Shown in pieces: positions 1 through 9,529 of a stretch of DNA of 36,648 nt. Below the pieces are notes generated by a model. The model saw only the letters and a program-made list of their open reading frames with translations, did not search any database and had not been told where the DNA came from. Numbering within the stretch: the first letter of the stretch is position 1; every line of letters begins with the position of its first letter. The translations under genes and the position numbers were made by a program. The DNA lies in the NCBI GenBank assembly GCA_030666985.1, contig DAOUWT010000003.1, forward strand, positions 1 through 36,648. The letters run 5' to 3'. This stretch comes from Chloroflexota bacterium. Its GTDB lineage: Bacteria; Chloroflexota; Anaerolineae; Anaerolineales; UBA11858.

Positions 1-95
1 AACGAGGAGAAATCTTGGTTTCAGTCTACCATTCACTTACGATGGAAAGATTTCTCCCTGTGGTCGAAATGACATGCTACAACTTAATGATATTG
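1..95. mobile_element. Partial copy of palindromic MITE-like repeat (cut by window edge)
   Basis: GAGAAATCT...AGATTTCTC...GTCGAAATGACAT core plus right end AACTTAATGATATTG (81-95). Same family as 5819-5980 and 17983-18103. Confidence 0.8.
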
Positions 96-127
96 ACTGA
101 ACACTGAATACTGGACACTGAATACTA

Positions 128-1387
128 TCACTCATGCACCGTCGCCGCCACAAACGACAGCCCATTCTCTGTCAACGCCCAGGCGGTTTTGTTGAGGGAG
201 TCAATCTTGTCCTGGAAGTTGAGGGCCAGGGCGTCCCAATCGCCGGAGGCAATGACTTCTTCTTTGTCGCGGAAGTAGTCCAGGATGTCGGAGGGATGCT
301 CGCGGGTCTGGTCAATTTCGGGGTCGCCGCCTTCGTGTTTGGCGGAGATGTTGGCTACGTGGTCGGCGATCTCTATCAATTCGTCGCGGCGGTTGTAGGG
401 CTGGATGACAATGCTCTTGTAAGTCTCGACTATATGATGCTCGAAGCGCACCACGTCCTCGAAGCCCCAATCCTTGCGGAATTGAGCCGTGATCTCCATG
501 GTCTCGTTGTTGATGCTGTTGCTCCAGTTGAAGCCTATCAGGGGGGATGTGCCATCCTCGCGGGCGAAGAGCTTGGCCCCCAGCAGAGTCCACAACCCGG
601 CGTAGGGGTTATCGTTACCCATGTAGACCGAGATTTTGAATTCAATATCCACACCCAAGCGGTGGAGCATGTAGCCGAGGAAGACTGTTCCAGGGTTGAT
701 GTTCAGCACTTGTTTGATGCCATATTCGGTGTAGTAATAGAGATATTCATCCAACCACGCGAGGGCATGGTCGTTAGGCTGACCTACGCCGCCAAAGTAA
801 CCGGTGATAGTCTCTGGGCCGCCCAAGTGGATATTGGAACCGTCTGTGCCTTTTGTGTCGAGGGTTTCCACGTAGCTGGCCCCCACAATTTGCATAGCGG
901 CGGCAAAAGCGGCCAGGTCGCCGTCTTCTTCTTGTTCTTTCATCTGGCGAACGCGGATGAAGCGGCCCGGCATGAGCAATTCTTCTTTGATAGCACGCTT
1001 GGCTGTCGTGATCAAATAAGGGAAATATTGGCACGCGCTGACTTCCAGGGTGACGGCAAAGTCATCGGCGAAATCAGTTTCCTTGGCTTTATCTCCCATC
1101 ACCTTGCGCCGGTAGGCGTCCACGCTGATGAAAGCGCCCTGGTCACGCTGCTCGGTGAGCCATTCTAAATCTCTGAGATATTCTGGTTTGGTTTCTTTCA
1201 CCTTGGCAAGCAGGTTCTCCATCTTGCGGGCTTCCTGTGCCTTAGCGTTGATCTCTTCAGGCGTGCCGTATTTGGCCACCACCTCAAAGAAATCATTCAT
1301 CACGCGCATTTCCGGGTCAAGCAAAACCTTGTTAATAGCATCAATGCGGTCGGGGGATATTTGTAGTCGTTTTCGTAAATCGGTCAT
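128..1387 (-). CDS. Hypothetical protein, soluble and enzyme-like, probably co-transcribed with panB
   Basis: 419-aa ORF with AGGAGA RBS, 63 bp downstream of panB. No family recognised. Confidence 0.85.
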   Translation of the reverse strand: MTDLRKRLQISPDRIDAINKVLLDPEMRVMNDFFEVVAKYGTPEEINAKAQEARKMENLLAKVKETKPEYLRDLEWLTEQRDQGAFISVDAYRRKVMGDKAKETDFADDFAVTLEVSACQYFPYLITTAKRAIKEELLMPGRFIRVRQMKEQEEDGDLAAFAAAMQIVGASYVETLDTKGTDGSNIHLGGPETITGYFGGVGQPNDHALAWLDEYLYYYTEYGIKQVLNINPGTVFLGYMLHRLGVDIEFKISVYMGNDNPYAGLWTLLGAKLFAREDGTSPLIGFNWSNSINNETMEITAQFRKDWGFEDVVRFEHHIVETYKSIVIQPYNRRDELIEIADHVANISAKHEGGDPEIDQTREHPSDILDYFRDKEEVIASGDWDALALNFQDKIDSLNKTAWALTENGLSFVAATVHE

Positions 1388-1450
1388 AATATTCTCCTGG
1401 GGGTAGTCGTTAGTCTCGTAGTCGTTAGTCGCCGCAGACTATCAGACTAA

Positions 1451-2305
1451 TCAATCCATCAACTCCATCAAATCGTCGTATTCTTCGTCTTTCATGGTGA
1501 ACCAATTCTCACGCTGGGGGAAGGTTTTGTCGGTCACTTCGCTCACGTACTCTTGCAGTCCATTCAGGATTATTTCTCCGGCGTTGCCGAAGACTTTTGC
1601 CATGCGCGGCGTAAAGTCGGGGTAGAGGCCGAACATGTCGTGGTAAATCAACAATTGGCCATGAGCGTGGGGGCCGGAACCGAGGCTTAGTATCAGGCAA
1701 TCTTTAGCTCGCTCGGTGATGATCTTGCAGACCCGGTCGGGAACCATTTCTAGCAAGATGGCAAAAGCTCCCGCTTCTTCAATGGCCTTGGCATCGTCAA
1801 TGATCTGTTTGGCCTGGTGCGCTCCCCGCCCCTGCACGCGGAAGCCTCCCAGGGCGGCCACGCTCTGCGGGGTGAGTCCCAGGTGACCAACGACGGGAAT
1901 CCCGGCTGCACGAATCCCGGCCACTCTGCTGGCGATCTCACTTCCACCTTCTAGCTTAATCGCGTCACAACTTGCCTCGGCCATAAATCTCCCCGCGCTA
2001 AGGATGGCTGTTTCAGTGCTGGCCTGGTAGCTCATGTAGGGCATGTCTCCTACCAAAAAAGCTGTTGGCGCTCCCCGTCGAACGGCTTGGGTGTGGCGGA
2101 TCATGTCGTCCATGGTCACGGGCAAAGTGCTGTCGTAGCCCAGCATGGTCATCCCTAAACTGTCGCCGACCAAGATCATGTCTATGCCAGCTTGCTCCTG
2201 AAAAGATGCGGTGGGGTAGTCGTAACAGGTCAACCACGAAATAGGGTCTCCCTTTTTAGCTTTGCCGAACAATGTGCGAATAGTAACTTTTTTACGGTCT
2301 GACAT
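1451..2305 (-). CDS. panB: 3-methyl-2-oxobutanoate hydroxymethyltransferase
   Basis: Motifs LTCYDY, ILVGDSLGM, GDMPYMSY, IKLEGG, GHLGLTPQS, GQLLIYHDMFG; GGAGG RBS. Confidence 0.95.
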   Translation of the reverse strand: MSDRKKVTIRTLFGKAKKGDPISWLTCYDYPTASFQEQAGIDMILVGDSLGMTMLGYDSTLPVTMDDMIRHTQAVRRGAPTAFLVGDMPYMSYQASTETAILSAGRFMAEASCDAIKLEGGSEIASRVAGIRAAGIPVVGHLGLTPQSVAALGGFRVQGRGAHQAKQIIDDAKAIEEAGAFAILLEMVPDRVCKIITERAKDCLILSLGSGPHAHGQLLIYHDMFGLYPDFTPRMAKVFGNAGEIILNGLQEYVSEVTDKTFPQRENWFTMKDEEYDDLMELMD

Positions 2306-2379
2306 TTTGAACCTCCGTTATGTGAGTGAATGTGGCGTTAAACGTAATGAGTAAAACGTGAAGCGTAAACCCATTGGGT

Positions 2380-2408
2380 ATTATAAACTGCGGCTGTCCT
2401 TTATTCAA
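2380..2408 (-). promoter_or_regulatory. Sigma70-type promoter of panB
   Basis: TTGAAT-N17-TATAAT on the minus strand, about 75 nt upstream of the ATG. Confidence 0.7.
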
Positions 2409-2720
2409 TTGACGTTTATCCATAAATGGGGGGAATAGGGAAACAGGAGAGATAGAGGATGCAAAGTGCTCCCCGCCGCCATCCGCCCCCACACACGCTA
2501 CCCGCCCCCCCGCCGCCGCTATCTGCCCCCCGCCCGCCATCCCCCGCCGCCACCCGCTCTCCCCCCAGCCATTCGCCACCCTAATATATCTCTGATATAT
2601 CATCTGAATATTGTGACGAATATAACTTGCAAGGAATGCATTTTTTGACAATAATAGGCGTGGTGTATTAGAGTGGAGAATTTTTTATCAATAAGATATG
2701 ATCGTAAGGGAGTTGATTTT

Positions 2721-3602
2721 ATGACAGCAAAAAAAATTGATGGCCGAGCAATTGCTAAAGACATCCGCGAGGCAGTAAAAGCTGATGTGGCTGCTATGGT
2801 CGCCGAGGGGTATAATCCCCCCGGTCTGGCGACAGTCTTGGTTGGCGAAGACCCAGCTTCACAGGTTTATGTGCGTATGAAGCATAAAGCCTGCGAAGAG
2901 GCGGGCATTAAATCCTTTCAGCACAAATTGCCAGCCACATCCACCCAAGAAGAAGTGGAAATTTTGGTGAAAGAGTTGAACGCAGACCCAGAAGTTCATG
3001 GTATTTTGGTACAATTGCCACTGCCCGATGGCATGGATGATGAACAAGTGCTAAACGCTATTAGTATTGAAAAAGACGTAGACGGCTTCCACCCCCTCAA
3101 CATTGGACGTCTCGCTCAAAAAGGGCGCGAACCTCGATTTGTCCCTTGCACACCCAATGGCTGCATTCACCTTTTGAAAACTTCAGGTATTGAACTAGAA
3201 GGCGCTAACGCGGTTGTTCTAGGACGTTCTAACATTGTGGGCATGCCAGTAGCTCTTTTGTTGGTAGAGGAAAACGCCACGGTTACTATTTGTCACTCAC
3301 GCACACGCGACCTCGAAGCAAAATGCCGTGAGGCAGATGTTTTGATAGCCGCCGTGGGACGTCCCGAAATGGTGCGTGGCGATTGGATTAAACCTGGGGC
3401 CGCTGTCATTGACGTAGGCGTGAACCGCGTGGATGATGAAACCGCCAAGCGAGGTTATCGCCTCGTGGGGGATGTTGCCTACGAGGAAGCCCAACAAGTC
3501 GCGGGGCACTTAACCCCGGTTCCGGGTGGAGTTGGTCCCATGACCATTGCCATGTTGCTTCGCAACACCGTTCGTTCTGCGAAAGTCGCTTACAGCGAAT
3601 AA
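2721..3602 (+). CDS. folD: Bifunctional methylenetetrahydrofolate dehydrogenase/cyclohydrolase
   Basis: [50 protein letters not shown]. Start moved to ATG 2721, which follows an AAGGGAG RBS. Confidence 0.96.
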   Translation: MTAKKIDGRAIAKDIREAVKADVAAMVAEGYNPPGLATVLVGEDPASQVYVRMKHKACEEAGIKSFQHKLPATSTQEEVEILVKELNADPEVHGILVQLPLPDGMDDEQVLNAISIEKDVDGFHPLNIGRLAQKGREPRFVPCTPNGCIHLLKTSGIELEGANAVVLGRSNIVGMPVALLLVEENATVTICHSRTRDLEAKCREADVLIAAVGRPEMVRGDWIKPGAAVIDVGVNRVDDETAKRGYRLVGDVAYEEAQQVAGHLTPVPGGVGPMTIAMLLRNTVRSAKVAYSE

Positions 3603-3785
3603 TTTCCACTTGAATATTTTTGGCTCTTTGAGATTTCACAGGATTTACCAGTGAAACGTAATGCGTGATGCGTGAGGTACTCGGTCACGTTTCACGTTTT
3701 ACGCTTCACTTTCTTCTCAACCCCGTAAGTTCCTAGAGACCCATATTCTTTTTAGACACATTTCTATATACAAGGAGTAAAACAA

Positions 3786-5672
3786 ATGCCTATCGAAATT
3801 AAGCACCCCGTCCCCTCAGATATTGACATCGCTCATGCCGCCGAGAAATTTCCAATCTCAAAAATAGCAAAAGAGGTTGGTTTGTTGGAAGATGAACTGG
3901 AACTTTACGGCAAATATAAAGCCAAGGTAACGCTAGACGTCCTGGAACGTTTGAAGGATGTCCCCAATGGAAAATACATTGACGTGACCGCCATCACCCC
4001 CACACCTTTGGGAGAGGGAAAAACAGTCACCACCATCGGCCTCAGCCAAGGATTACACTATATTGGCAAAAAGGTCTTCACCTGCATCCGTCAGCCATCG
4101 CAAGGCCCAACTTTTGGCATCAAGGGCGGCGCGGCTGGCGGCGGATATGCCCAAGTTGTGCCTATGGAGGATTTCAACCTCCACCTGACGGGTGACATCC
4201 ACGCCGTGGGTGCGGCGCATAACCTCTTGGCCGCGGCAATCGATAACCGCATGGCGAAAGAAGCCCGCTGGAGCACCGATTTCTTGGCCAAAGCTCTTTG
4301 CCCGGACGGCGAATACACCGACTCCATGCGCAAACGATTAAAGAAATTAGGCATCAAGTCAGAAAAACCCTCCGATTTGAACGACGCAGACAAAGAGCGC
4401 ATGTTCCGCCTCAACATTGACCCCGACGCCGTTCAATGGCGGCGCGTGGTAGATGTCTCCGACGCTGCGCTGCGCGACATCACCGTTGGCAAGGGCGGCA
4501 AGGGTAATGGCCTGGTGCGCGAAAGCGGATATGACATCACCGTGGCCTCCGAGATCATGGCCGCACTTGCCATGTGCTCCGACCTGGCAGACTTGCGCGA
4601 ACGCATGGGCCGTATCATCATCGGCACCAGCAAAAAAGGCGGCAAGATGCACGCTGGGACTATTGAACCCATCACAGCCGAGGACCTGAACGTAGCCGGC
4701 GCGATGACCGTTTTGCTCAAGGATGCTATCAAGCCTAACCTGATGCAGACCCTGCCCGGCAGCCCGGCCTTTGTACACTGTGGGCCATTCGCTAACATCG
4801 CCCAGGGCAACAGCTCCATCATCGCCGATAAAATCGCCCTCAAGCTGGCTGATTATGTAGTCACCGAGTCCGGTTTTGGCGCTGACTGCGGCATGGAAAA
4901 GTTCATGAACCTCAAATGCCGCTACAGTGGATTAGTTCCCGATTGCGTGGTGCTGGTCGCTACCATTCGCGCCCTAAAGATGCACGGCGGCGGCCCCAAG
5001 GTTGTCGCTGGCAAACCTCTAGGAAAAGCTTATACTGAGGAAAACCTAGAATTACTAGAGGCCGGCTTGCCCAACTTGTTGCAGCATATTGAGAACGCGG
5101 TCAAATTTGGCGTGCCGGTAGTGGTAGCCATCAACCGCTTCAAGTACGACACTGACGCCGAGGTCGAGTTGATCCGCAAACGCGCCAAGGAAACAGGCGC
5201 CGAGGACGCAGCCATGCACTTTGTTTGGGCCAAGGGCGGCGAGGGCGGAGCCGAGCTTGCTCGCGCAGTCGTCAAAGCCTGCGAAAAACCGAACAATTTC
5301 AAATTCCTCTACGATGACGATATGTCCATCAAAGAAAAGATCGAGACCGTCGCCCGTGAAATCTACCGCGCTGACGGAGTGGACTATACACCCGAGGCGG
5401 AGGCCAAGATCAAGCAATTCACCAAGATGGGCCTGAGCCATCTGCCACTTTGTATGGCGAAAACTCACTTATCGTTCACGCATGATCCGGCGCTCAAGGG
5501 CACGCCGCGCGGATTCCGCATGCCAATCACCGACGTGCGGGCCAGCGTGGGGGCAGGGTTCATCTTCCCCCTCTGCGGCACAATGAAGACCATGCCCGGA
5601 CTACCCACCCGCCCAGTTTTCACGGATATTGAAATTGATGTGAAAACCGGTGAGGTCTTAGGGTTATCATAA
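3786..5672 (+). CDS. fhs: Formate--tetrahydrofolate ligase (long, eukaryote-like form)
   Basis: TPTPLGEGKT P-loop, GIKGGAAGGGYAQV, HCGPFANIA, VATIRALKMHGG, MAKTHLS, TMPGLP; AAGGAG RBS. Confidence 0.97.
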   Translation: MPIEIKHPVPSDIDIAHAAEKFPISKIAKEVGLLEDELELYGKYKAKVTLDVLERLKDVPNGKYIDVTAITPTPLGEGKTVTTIGLSQGLHYIGKKVFTCIRQPSQGPTFGIKGGAAGGGYAQVVPMEDFNLHLTGDIHAVGAAHNLLAAAIDNRMAKEARWSTDFLAKALCPDGEYTDSMRKRLKKLGIKSEKPSDLNDADKERMFRLNIDPDAVQWRRVVDVSDAALRDITVGKGGKGNGLVRESGYDITVASEIMAALAMCSDLADLRERMGRIIIGTSKKGGKMHAGTIEPITAEDLNVAGAMTVLLKDAIKPNLMQTLPGSPAFVHCGPFANIAQGNSSIIADKIALKLADYVVTESGFGADCGMEKFMNLKCRYSGLVPDCVVLVATIRALKMHGGGPKVVAGKPLGKAYTEENLELLEAGLPNLLQHIENAVKFGVPVVVAINRFKYDTDAEVELIRKRAKETGAEDAAMHFVWAKGGEGGAELARAVVKACEKPNNFKFLYDDDMSIKEKIETVAREIYRADGVDYTPEAEAKIKQFTKMGLSHLPLCMAKTHLSFTHDPALKGTPRGFRMPITDVRASVGAGFIFPLCGTMKTMPGLPTRPVFTDIEIDVKTGEVLGLS

Positions 5673-5696
5673 CCGTAGGTTGCGAAGCTTAAATGT

Positions 5697-5736
5697 AAAA
5701 GGGTGGCTGTTGCCTGCGGTAGTAGCCACCCTTTTT
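5697..5736 (+). terminator. Intrinsic terminator after fhs (possibly bidirectional)
   Basis: AAAAGGGTGGCT...AGCCACCCTTTTT hairpin with U-tract. Confidence 0.85.
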
Positions 5737-5818
5737 GCGAATCACCCGCAGGTGCATTGCACTTCAGGCTTTTAGAGTGCGTTGCACCTATGGAATCCAT
5801 CACTCATTACTCTTTACT

Positions 5819-5980
5819 CAATGTCGTTAAGTTAGGCAATTAATCATGTCATTTCGACGAGGTTTCGGCACGATTACCGCCGAATAACGAGGAGAAATCT
5901 TGGTTTCAGTCTACTATTCACTTGCGACGGAAAGATTTCTCACTTCGTTCGAAATGACATGTTACAACTAAATGACATTG
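5819..5980. mobile_element. MITE with 15-bp TIRs and 10-bp target-site duplication
   Basis: TIRs CAATGTCGTTAAGTT / AACTAAATGACATTG. Flanks ACTCTTTACT (5809-5818) and ACTCTTTGCT (5981-5990). Interior palindrome ATGTCATTTCGA...TCGAAATGACAT. Confidence 0.8.
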
Positions 5981-6004
5981 ACTCTTTGCTCATCACTCTC
6001 ACAA

Positions 6005-6781
6005 ATGAAACAACCCGGCACCGCACCAGTTCGCAGGTACACCTACCGCCAGGAGTGGCAGCTTGGCGAAGTTGAAATAATCGAAGAAACGCTCATCACT
6101 ATTTACGTCAACGAGCAAGAGCTGATCACCTTAATGGGTTCCCCGCTCAACCTGGATTGGCTGGCCTTAGGATTTTTGAAAAACGAGGGCCTAATTGAGG
6201 GACTTGATGAAGTCGAGCAGATTCGAGTTAACCCCAGTGGCTGCGGCGTTGAAGTGTGGCTGAGTCGCAGTTTCGAAAAACCTGAGCGCATTATCGCTAC
6301 CTCTGGGTGCGGCCGGGGAGTCACTTTCAGCGATCCTTCAGTTGAGATCGAACCATTCCGCGACACTTTAAGAATTGAACCCCAAAGTCTTTCAGAAGCT
6401 ATCAACCGCCTCCAATCCAAAGACAGCCTATACGCCCGCGCTCGCGGCGTCCACGCTGCAGGGCTGCTGGATCCCGATAGCAATCAATTGCTTGCGGTCG
6501 CAGAAGACATTGGCCGTCATAACAGCATTGACAAAGTCCGCGGAGCTTGCTTGGTTGAGGGGATTGAAACACGTGGGCGCGTTCTCCTGACCACCGGGCG
6601 TGTTTCCTCCGAGATGCTGCGTAAAGGGGCCTTGATGGGCTGCCCGATCATCGCCTCCCGCACCTCGCCCACCTCCCTCTCGGTGAATATGGCCCGCGCC
6701 TGGAACATCACCCTGGTCGGTTATGTCCGCAGGGAAGGGGTGCAGGTTTATAGTTTTCCAGAGCGAATGGGGTACAATTGA
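6005..6781 (+). CDS. fdhD: Formate dehydrogenase accessory sulfurtransferase
   Basis: EE..I.VN, GFL..EG.I, TSGCG, GVHAA, EDIGRHNSIDK, TTGRVSSEM, PTSL, TLVGYVR. The ATG at 5972 lies inside the MITE TIR, so 6005 is preferred. Confidence 0.92.
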   Translation: MKQPGTAPVRRYTYRQEWQLGEVEIIEETLITIYVNEQELITLMGSPLNLDWLALGFLKNEGLIEGLDEVEQIRVNPSGCGVEVWLSRSFEKPERIIATSGCGRGVTFSDPSVEIEPFRDTLRIEPQSLSEAINRLQSKDSLYARARGVHAAGLLDPDSNQLLAVAEDIGRHNSIDKVRGACLVEGIETRGRVLLTTGRVSSEMLRKGALMGCPIIASRTSPTSLSVNMARAWNITLVGYVRREGVQVYSFPERMGYN

Positions 6782-6782
6782 C

Positions 6783-6960
6783 GGTAGTGGTTATATATTG
6801 ACTGATAAAGTATCTTCAGATATGTTGTAAATTAACAAAAACTATCTGGAGGTATCCCTTATGATTTGTGAAATCATCACGCATTCTTGCACAAAATGTA
6901 GCAGCATCAATATTGTTAAAAATGGTAAAGATTACAAAAATAAGCAAAAGTTTCACTGTC
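6783..6960 (+). pseudogene. IS1-family remnant: left terminal repeat plus truncated InsA-like zinc ribbon
   Basis: GGTAGTGGTTATATATTGACTGATA resembles IS1 ends. GGAGG RBS, then MICEIITHSCTKCSSINIVKNGKDYKNKQKFHC (CxxC...KNG...Q.F.C), cut by a GTCATTGCGA repeat. Confidence 0.7.
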
Positions 6961-7228
6961 ATTGCGAGTGTCGCCACAGCGCGTTTGGTGCTGCTCAAAG
7001 GGAAAGAAACTTAATGGCATGTCATTGCGAACCCCGGTTTTTGGGGTGTGGCAATCTCCCTGAACACTGTGCCCCTTTGTTGTTCAGGGAGGCTGCCGCG
7101 TCACAAAAGGCGTTCCTCGCAGCGACATATGTTTCTTAGTAGGAACGGCGTGAAACAGAGAGACGAAGCAATCTCCCGGATGACGGGGGGACTGCCACGT
7201 CGCAAAAAACGCTCCTCGCAGTGACATA
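6957..7228. repeat. Cluster of GTCATTGCGA...GCAATCTC...CTCGCAGTGAC palindromic repeats (RPE/REP-like)
   Basis: Starts at 6957 and 7021, ends near 7128 and 7228. Internal inverted repeat CTCCCTGAACA/TGTTCAGGGAG. Confidence 0.75.
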
Positions 7229-7282
7229 TTAATGAAAGTGTAAAGTCAATTCTAAACCATTCCACATTCACGGAGGCTATCT

Positions 7283-7840
7283 ATGCTTACTGAGATATAT
7301 ACAGAAACAAAAACTCGCATGAAAGGCGCCATCGAAGCACTTCAGGATGAACTTAACATCATTCGCACAGGACGAGCAAACCCTGCTTTGGTAGAAATGC
7401 TTCCCATAGAATATTATGGAACCGAAACACCATTGCGGGAGCTGGCTAGCATAAGTGTCCCAGAAGCAAGGTCGCTGCTCATCCGCCCTTATGATCCTTC
7501 TACCCTCAAAAACATCGAACGCTCTATTCTGAAGTCAGATTTGGGACTTATGCCGAATAATAATGGAGAAAATATCCATCTCAACCTCCCAACTCTTACC
7601 GGGGAACGCCGCAAGGAATTAGTTCGAGTCGTTAGCTCCAAAGGAGAAGAGACCCGTATAGCAATTCGTAACATCCGGCGCGACAGTATCCGCGATTTAC
7701 GGAGCTTCGAAGAGGAAAACTTGCTTACCGAAGATGATCTTCACCTGGGCAAAGAGGAAGTTCAAAAGATCACAGATCAATTCAGCGCGGAAGTAGGCGA
7801 TATTTGTGAGCGCAAAGAAAAAGAAGTTATGGAAGTGTAG
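7283..7840 (+). CDS. frr: Ribosome recycling factor
   Basis: IRTGRANP, YYG..TPL, I.PYD, LT.ERRKEL, AIRNIRRD, VQKITD, KEKEVM. Confidence 0.96.
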   Translation: MLTEIYTETKTRMKGAIEALQDELNIIRTGRANPALVEMLPIEYYGTETPLRELASISVPEARSLLIRPYDPSTLKNIERSILKSDLGLMPNNNGENIHLNLPTLTGERRKELVRVVSSKGEETRIAIRNIRRDSIRDLRSFEEENLLTEDDLHLGKEEVQKITDQFSAEVGDICERKEKEVMEV

Positions 7841-7868
7841 GCCATAAGGGAAGTCGCAAAAAAACAGC

Positions 7869-7950
7869 CATCCCAAAATCTGAGTGAAACGTGAAGACGT
7901 GAAGCGTAAAATCACGTTTTCACGTTTCACGTCTTCACGAAGTTGGGATG
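7869..7950. repeat. Hairpin built from AAACGTG/CACGTTT heptamers with CATCCCAA/TTGGGATG ends
   Basis: Inverted arms GTGAAGACGTGAA / TTCACGTCTTCAC. Related arrays near 2340, 3651-3709, 10549-10619, 24396-24488, 26218-26260 and 26710. Confidence 0.8.
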
Positions 7951-7978
7951 ATTATTTATATGGAACTTTCACTTAATC

Positions 7979-8710
7979 ATGAACACGGACTCTGACAGAA
8001 ACCTCCCCGAAAAAATACCCCAGCACGTCGCCATCATAATGGATGGGAATGGGCGCTGGGCGCGAGCTAGAGGGTTGCCACGGCTAGCCGGGCATCGAGC
8101 GGGTACAGAAAATCTTAGAGCTATTCTCGAAGCAAGCGTTGAGTTCGGCATTAAATACCTCACCATCTATGCTTTCTCTACTGAAAATTGGAGCCGTCCG
8201 GAGACAGAAGTGAGCGGCCTCATGCGCATCTTCAAAAACGCGTTTGGCCAAGAGCTTCGAAACTTACACGAAAACGGCGTTCAACTAAGACATATTGGCA
8301 AATTAGACCGCATTGACACCCCTCTCCAACAGAAAATTAAAGATGCTGTTGAACTCACGAAAAACAATGAGCGGCTTATTCTCAACATAGCATTTAATTA
8401 TGGTGGACGAGATGAAATCATCCACGTTATTCAAGAAATCATCAAAGACGGGAGAGCACCAGAAGAAATAGATGACGAGTTGATCAACCAATATCTATAT
8501 ACCGCCGATTCTCCGGACCCTGATCTCATCATCCGAACATCGGGCGAGATGCGTGCCAGCAACTTCCTCGTCTGGCAGGGAGTGTACGCGGAATGGTATT
8601 TCCCCACAGTCTATTGGCCTGACTTCGGGAAAGAAGAACTAAGAAAAGCTTTATTCGATTATAGCGAACGCGAACGTCGTTTTGGACGTGTTTCACCTGG
8701 AGATGCTTAA
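7979..8710 (+). CDS. uppS: Isoprenyl transferase (undecaprenyl-diphosphate synthase family)
   Basis: HVAIIMDGNGRWA, YAFSTENWSRP, NYGGRDEI, PDLIIRTSGE, WPDF, RRFG. Confidence 0.96.
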   Translation: MNTDSDRNLPEKIPQHVAIIMDGNGRWARARGLPRLAGHRAGTENLRAILEASVEFGIKYLTIYAFSTENWSRPETEVSGLMRIFKNAFGQELRNLHENGVQLRHIGKLDRIDTPLQQKIKDAVELTKNNERLILNIAFNYGGRDEIIHVIQEIIKDGRAPEEIDDELINQYLYTADSPDPDLIIRTSGEMRASNFLVWQGVYAEWYFPTVYWPDFGKEELRKALFDYSERERRFGRVSPGDA

Positions 8711-8716
8711 ACTTTC

Positions 8717-9529
8717 ATGTTGCGACAAAGGACAATTGTAGCCCTAATCTTAGGACCCCTTGCCTTGCTGTCCGCCTATCTAGGCGGAGCGGTATATGCT
8801 GCTCTAATCATAACCATGCTGGTAATTGCTGCCTGGGAATACACACAGCTTTTACGCGCTGCACAACTTGAGCCGTCCCACTTTTTGGTAATTGGCGGCG
8901 TACTCTTGTTTATCTTGGGAAGAGCGCTTACCGGCTTCGAAAGCGCGCCGTGGAGCTTTACAATCCTATTGCTGTTCAGCGCAGCCTACCATCTCGTTCG
9001 CTTCGAACAAGGCCGTGATGCAGCGGGTACAGACCTTAGCGCCACGCTCTCTGCGGCAATCTACCTTGGCTGGCTTGGTTCCTACTTCATTTCCCTGCGA
9101 GAACTAGATGGAGGGGCGTGGTGGGTCATGTTTGTTTTCTTCATTGTCTGGTTTACAGATACAGGAGCATATTTTGTGGGAATCTCCTGGGGAAAACACA
9201 AACTATGTCCTCGTTTAAGCCCCAAAAAAACCTGGGAGGGCTTCTTGGGAGGATTAGCGGCGGGCCTGGCAATGGGCGCTTTACTCCCCCTCGCATTAAA
9301 AAACACGATAGATATATCTCCCTGGCGTGGGGCCGTCTTGGGGCTTGTCTTGGCCCTGAGCGTTCCGTTGGGAGATTTAGCGGTAAGCATGATTAAGCGT
9401 CAGGTCGCTCAAAAAGACACAGGGAACTTCCTGCCCGGGCACGGCGGAGCCTTTGACCGCCTCGACACCTTGCTATGGGCTATGCCTATTAGTTATTACC
9501 TTATTTTATACCTGTTTCCAATCCTATGA
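8717..9529 (+). CDS. cdsA: Phosphatidate cytidylyltransferase
   Basis: Polytopic membrane protein with W.TDTGAYF.G, SPKKTWEG, GDL..S..KR, KDTG..LPGHGG.FDRLD. Confidence 0.96.
   Translation: MLRQRTIVALILGPLALLSAYLGGAVYAALIITMLVIAAWEYTQLLRAAQLEPSHFLVIGGVLLFILGRALTGFESAPWSFTILLLFSAAYHLVRFEQGRDAAGTDLSATLSAAIYLGWLGSYFISLRELDGGAWWVMFVFFIVWFTDTGAYFVGISWGKHKLCPRLSPKKTWEGFLGGLAAGLAMGALLPLALKNTIDISPWRGAVLGLVLALSVPLGDLAVSMIKRQVAQKDTGNFLPGHGGAFDRLDTLLWAMPISYYLILYLFPIL

Noticed and set aside
134-1168. 344-aa plus-strand ORF
   Set aside because: Antisense shadow of 128-1387 with no RBS or motif.
2306-2460. pan RNA motif or other riboswitch upstream of panB
   Set aside because: A strong promoter leaves only about 70 nt of leader, mostly heptamer repeat; no suitable hairpins or terminator seen.
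2611-2628. Rex operator upstream of folD
   Set aside because: Only the TTGTGA half-site matches; the right half is not palindromic.
3603-3785. ZTP or THF riboswitch before fhs
   Set aside because: No GACTGGCG / CGCCYGGG pseudoknot motifs; the hairpin present is the AAACGTG repeat.
6861-7139. Intact 92-aa Cys-rich protein
   Set aside because: Chimera of an IS1 InsA start and translated palindromic repeats.
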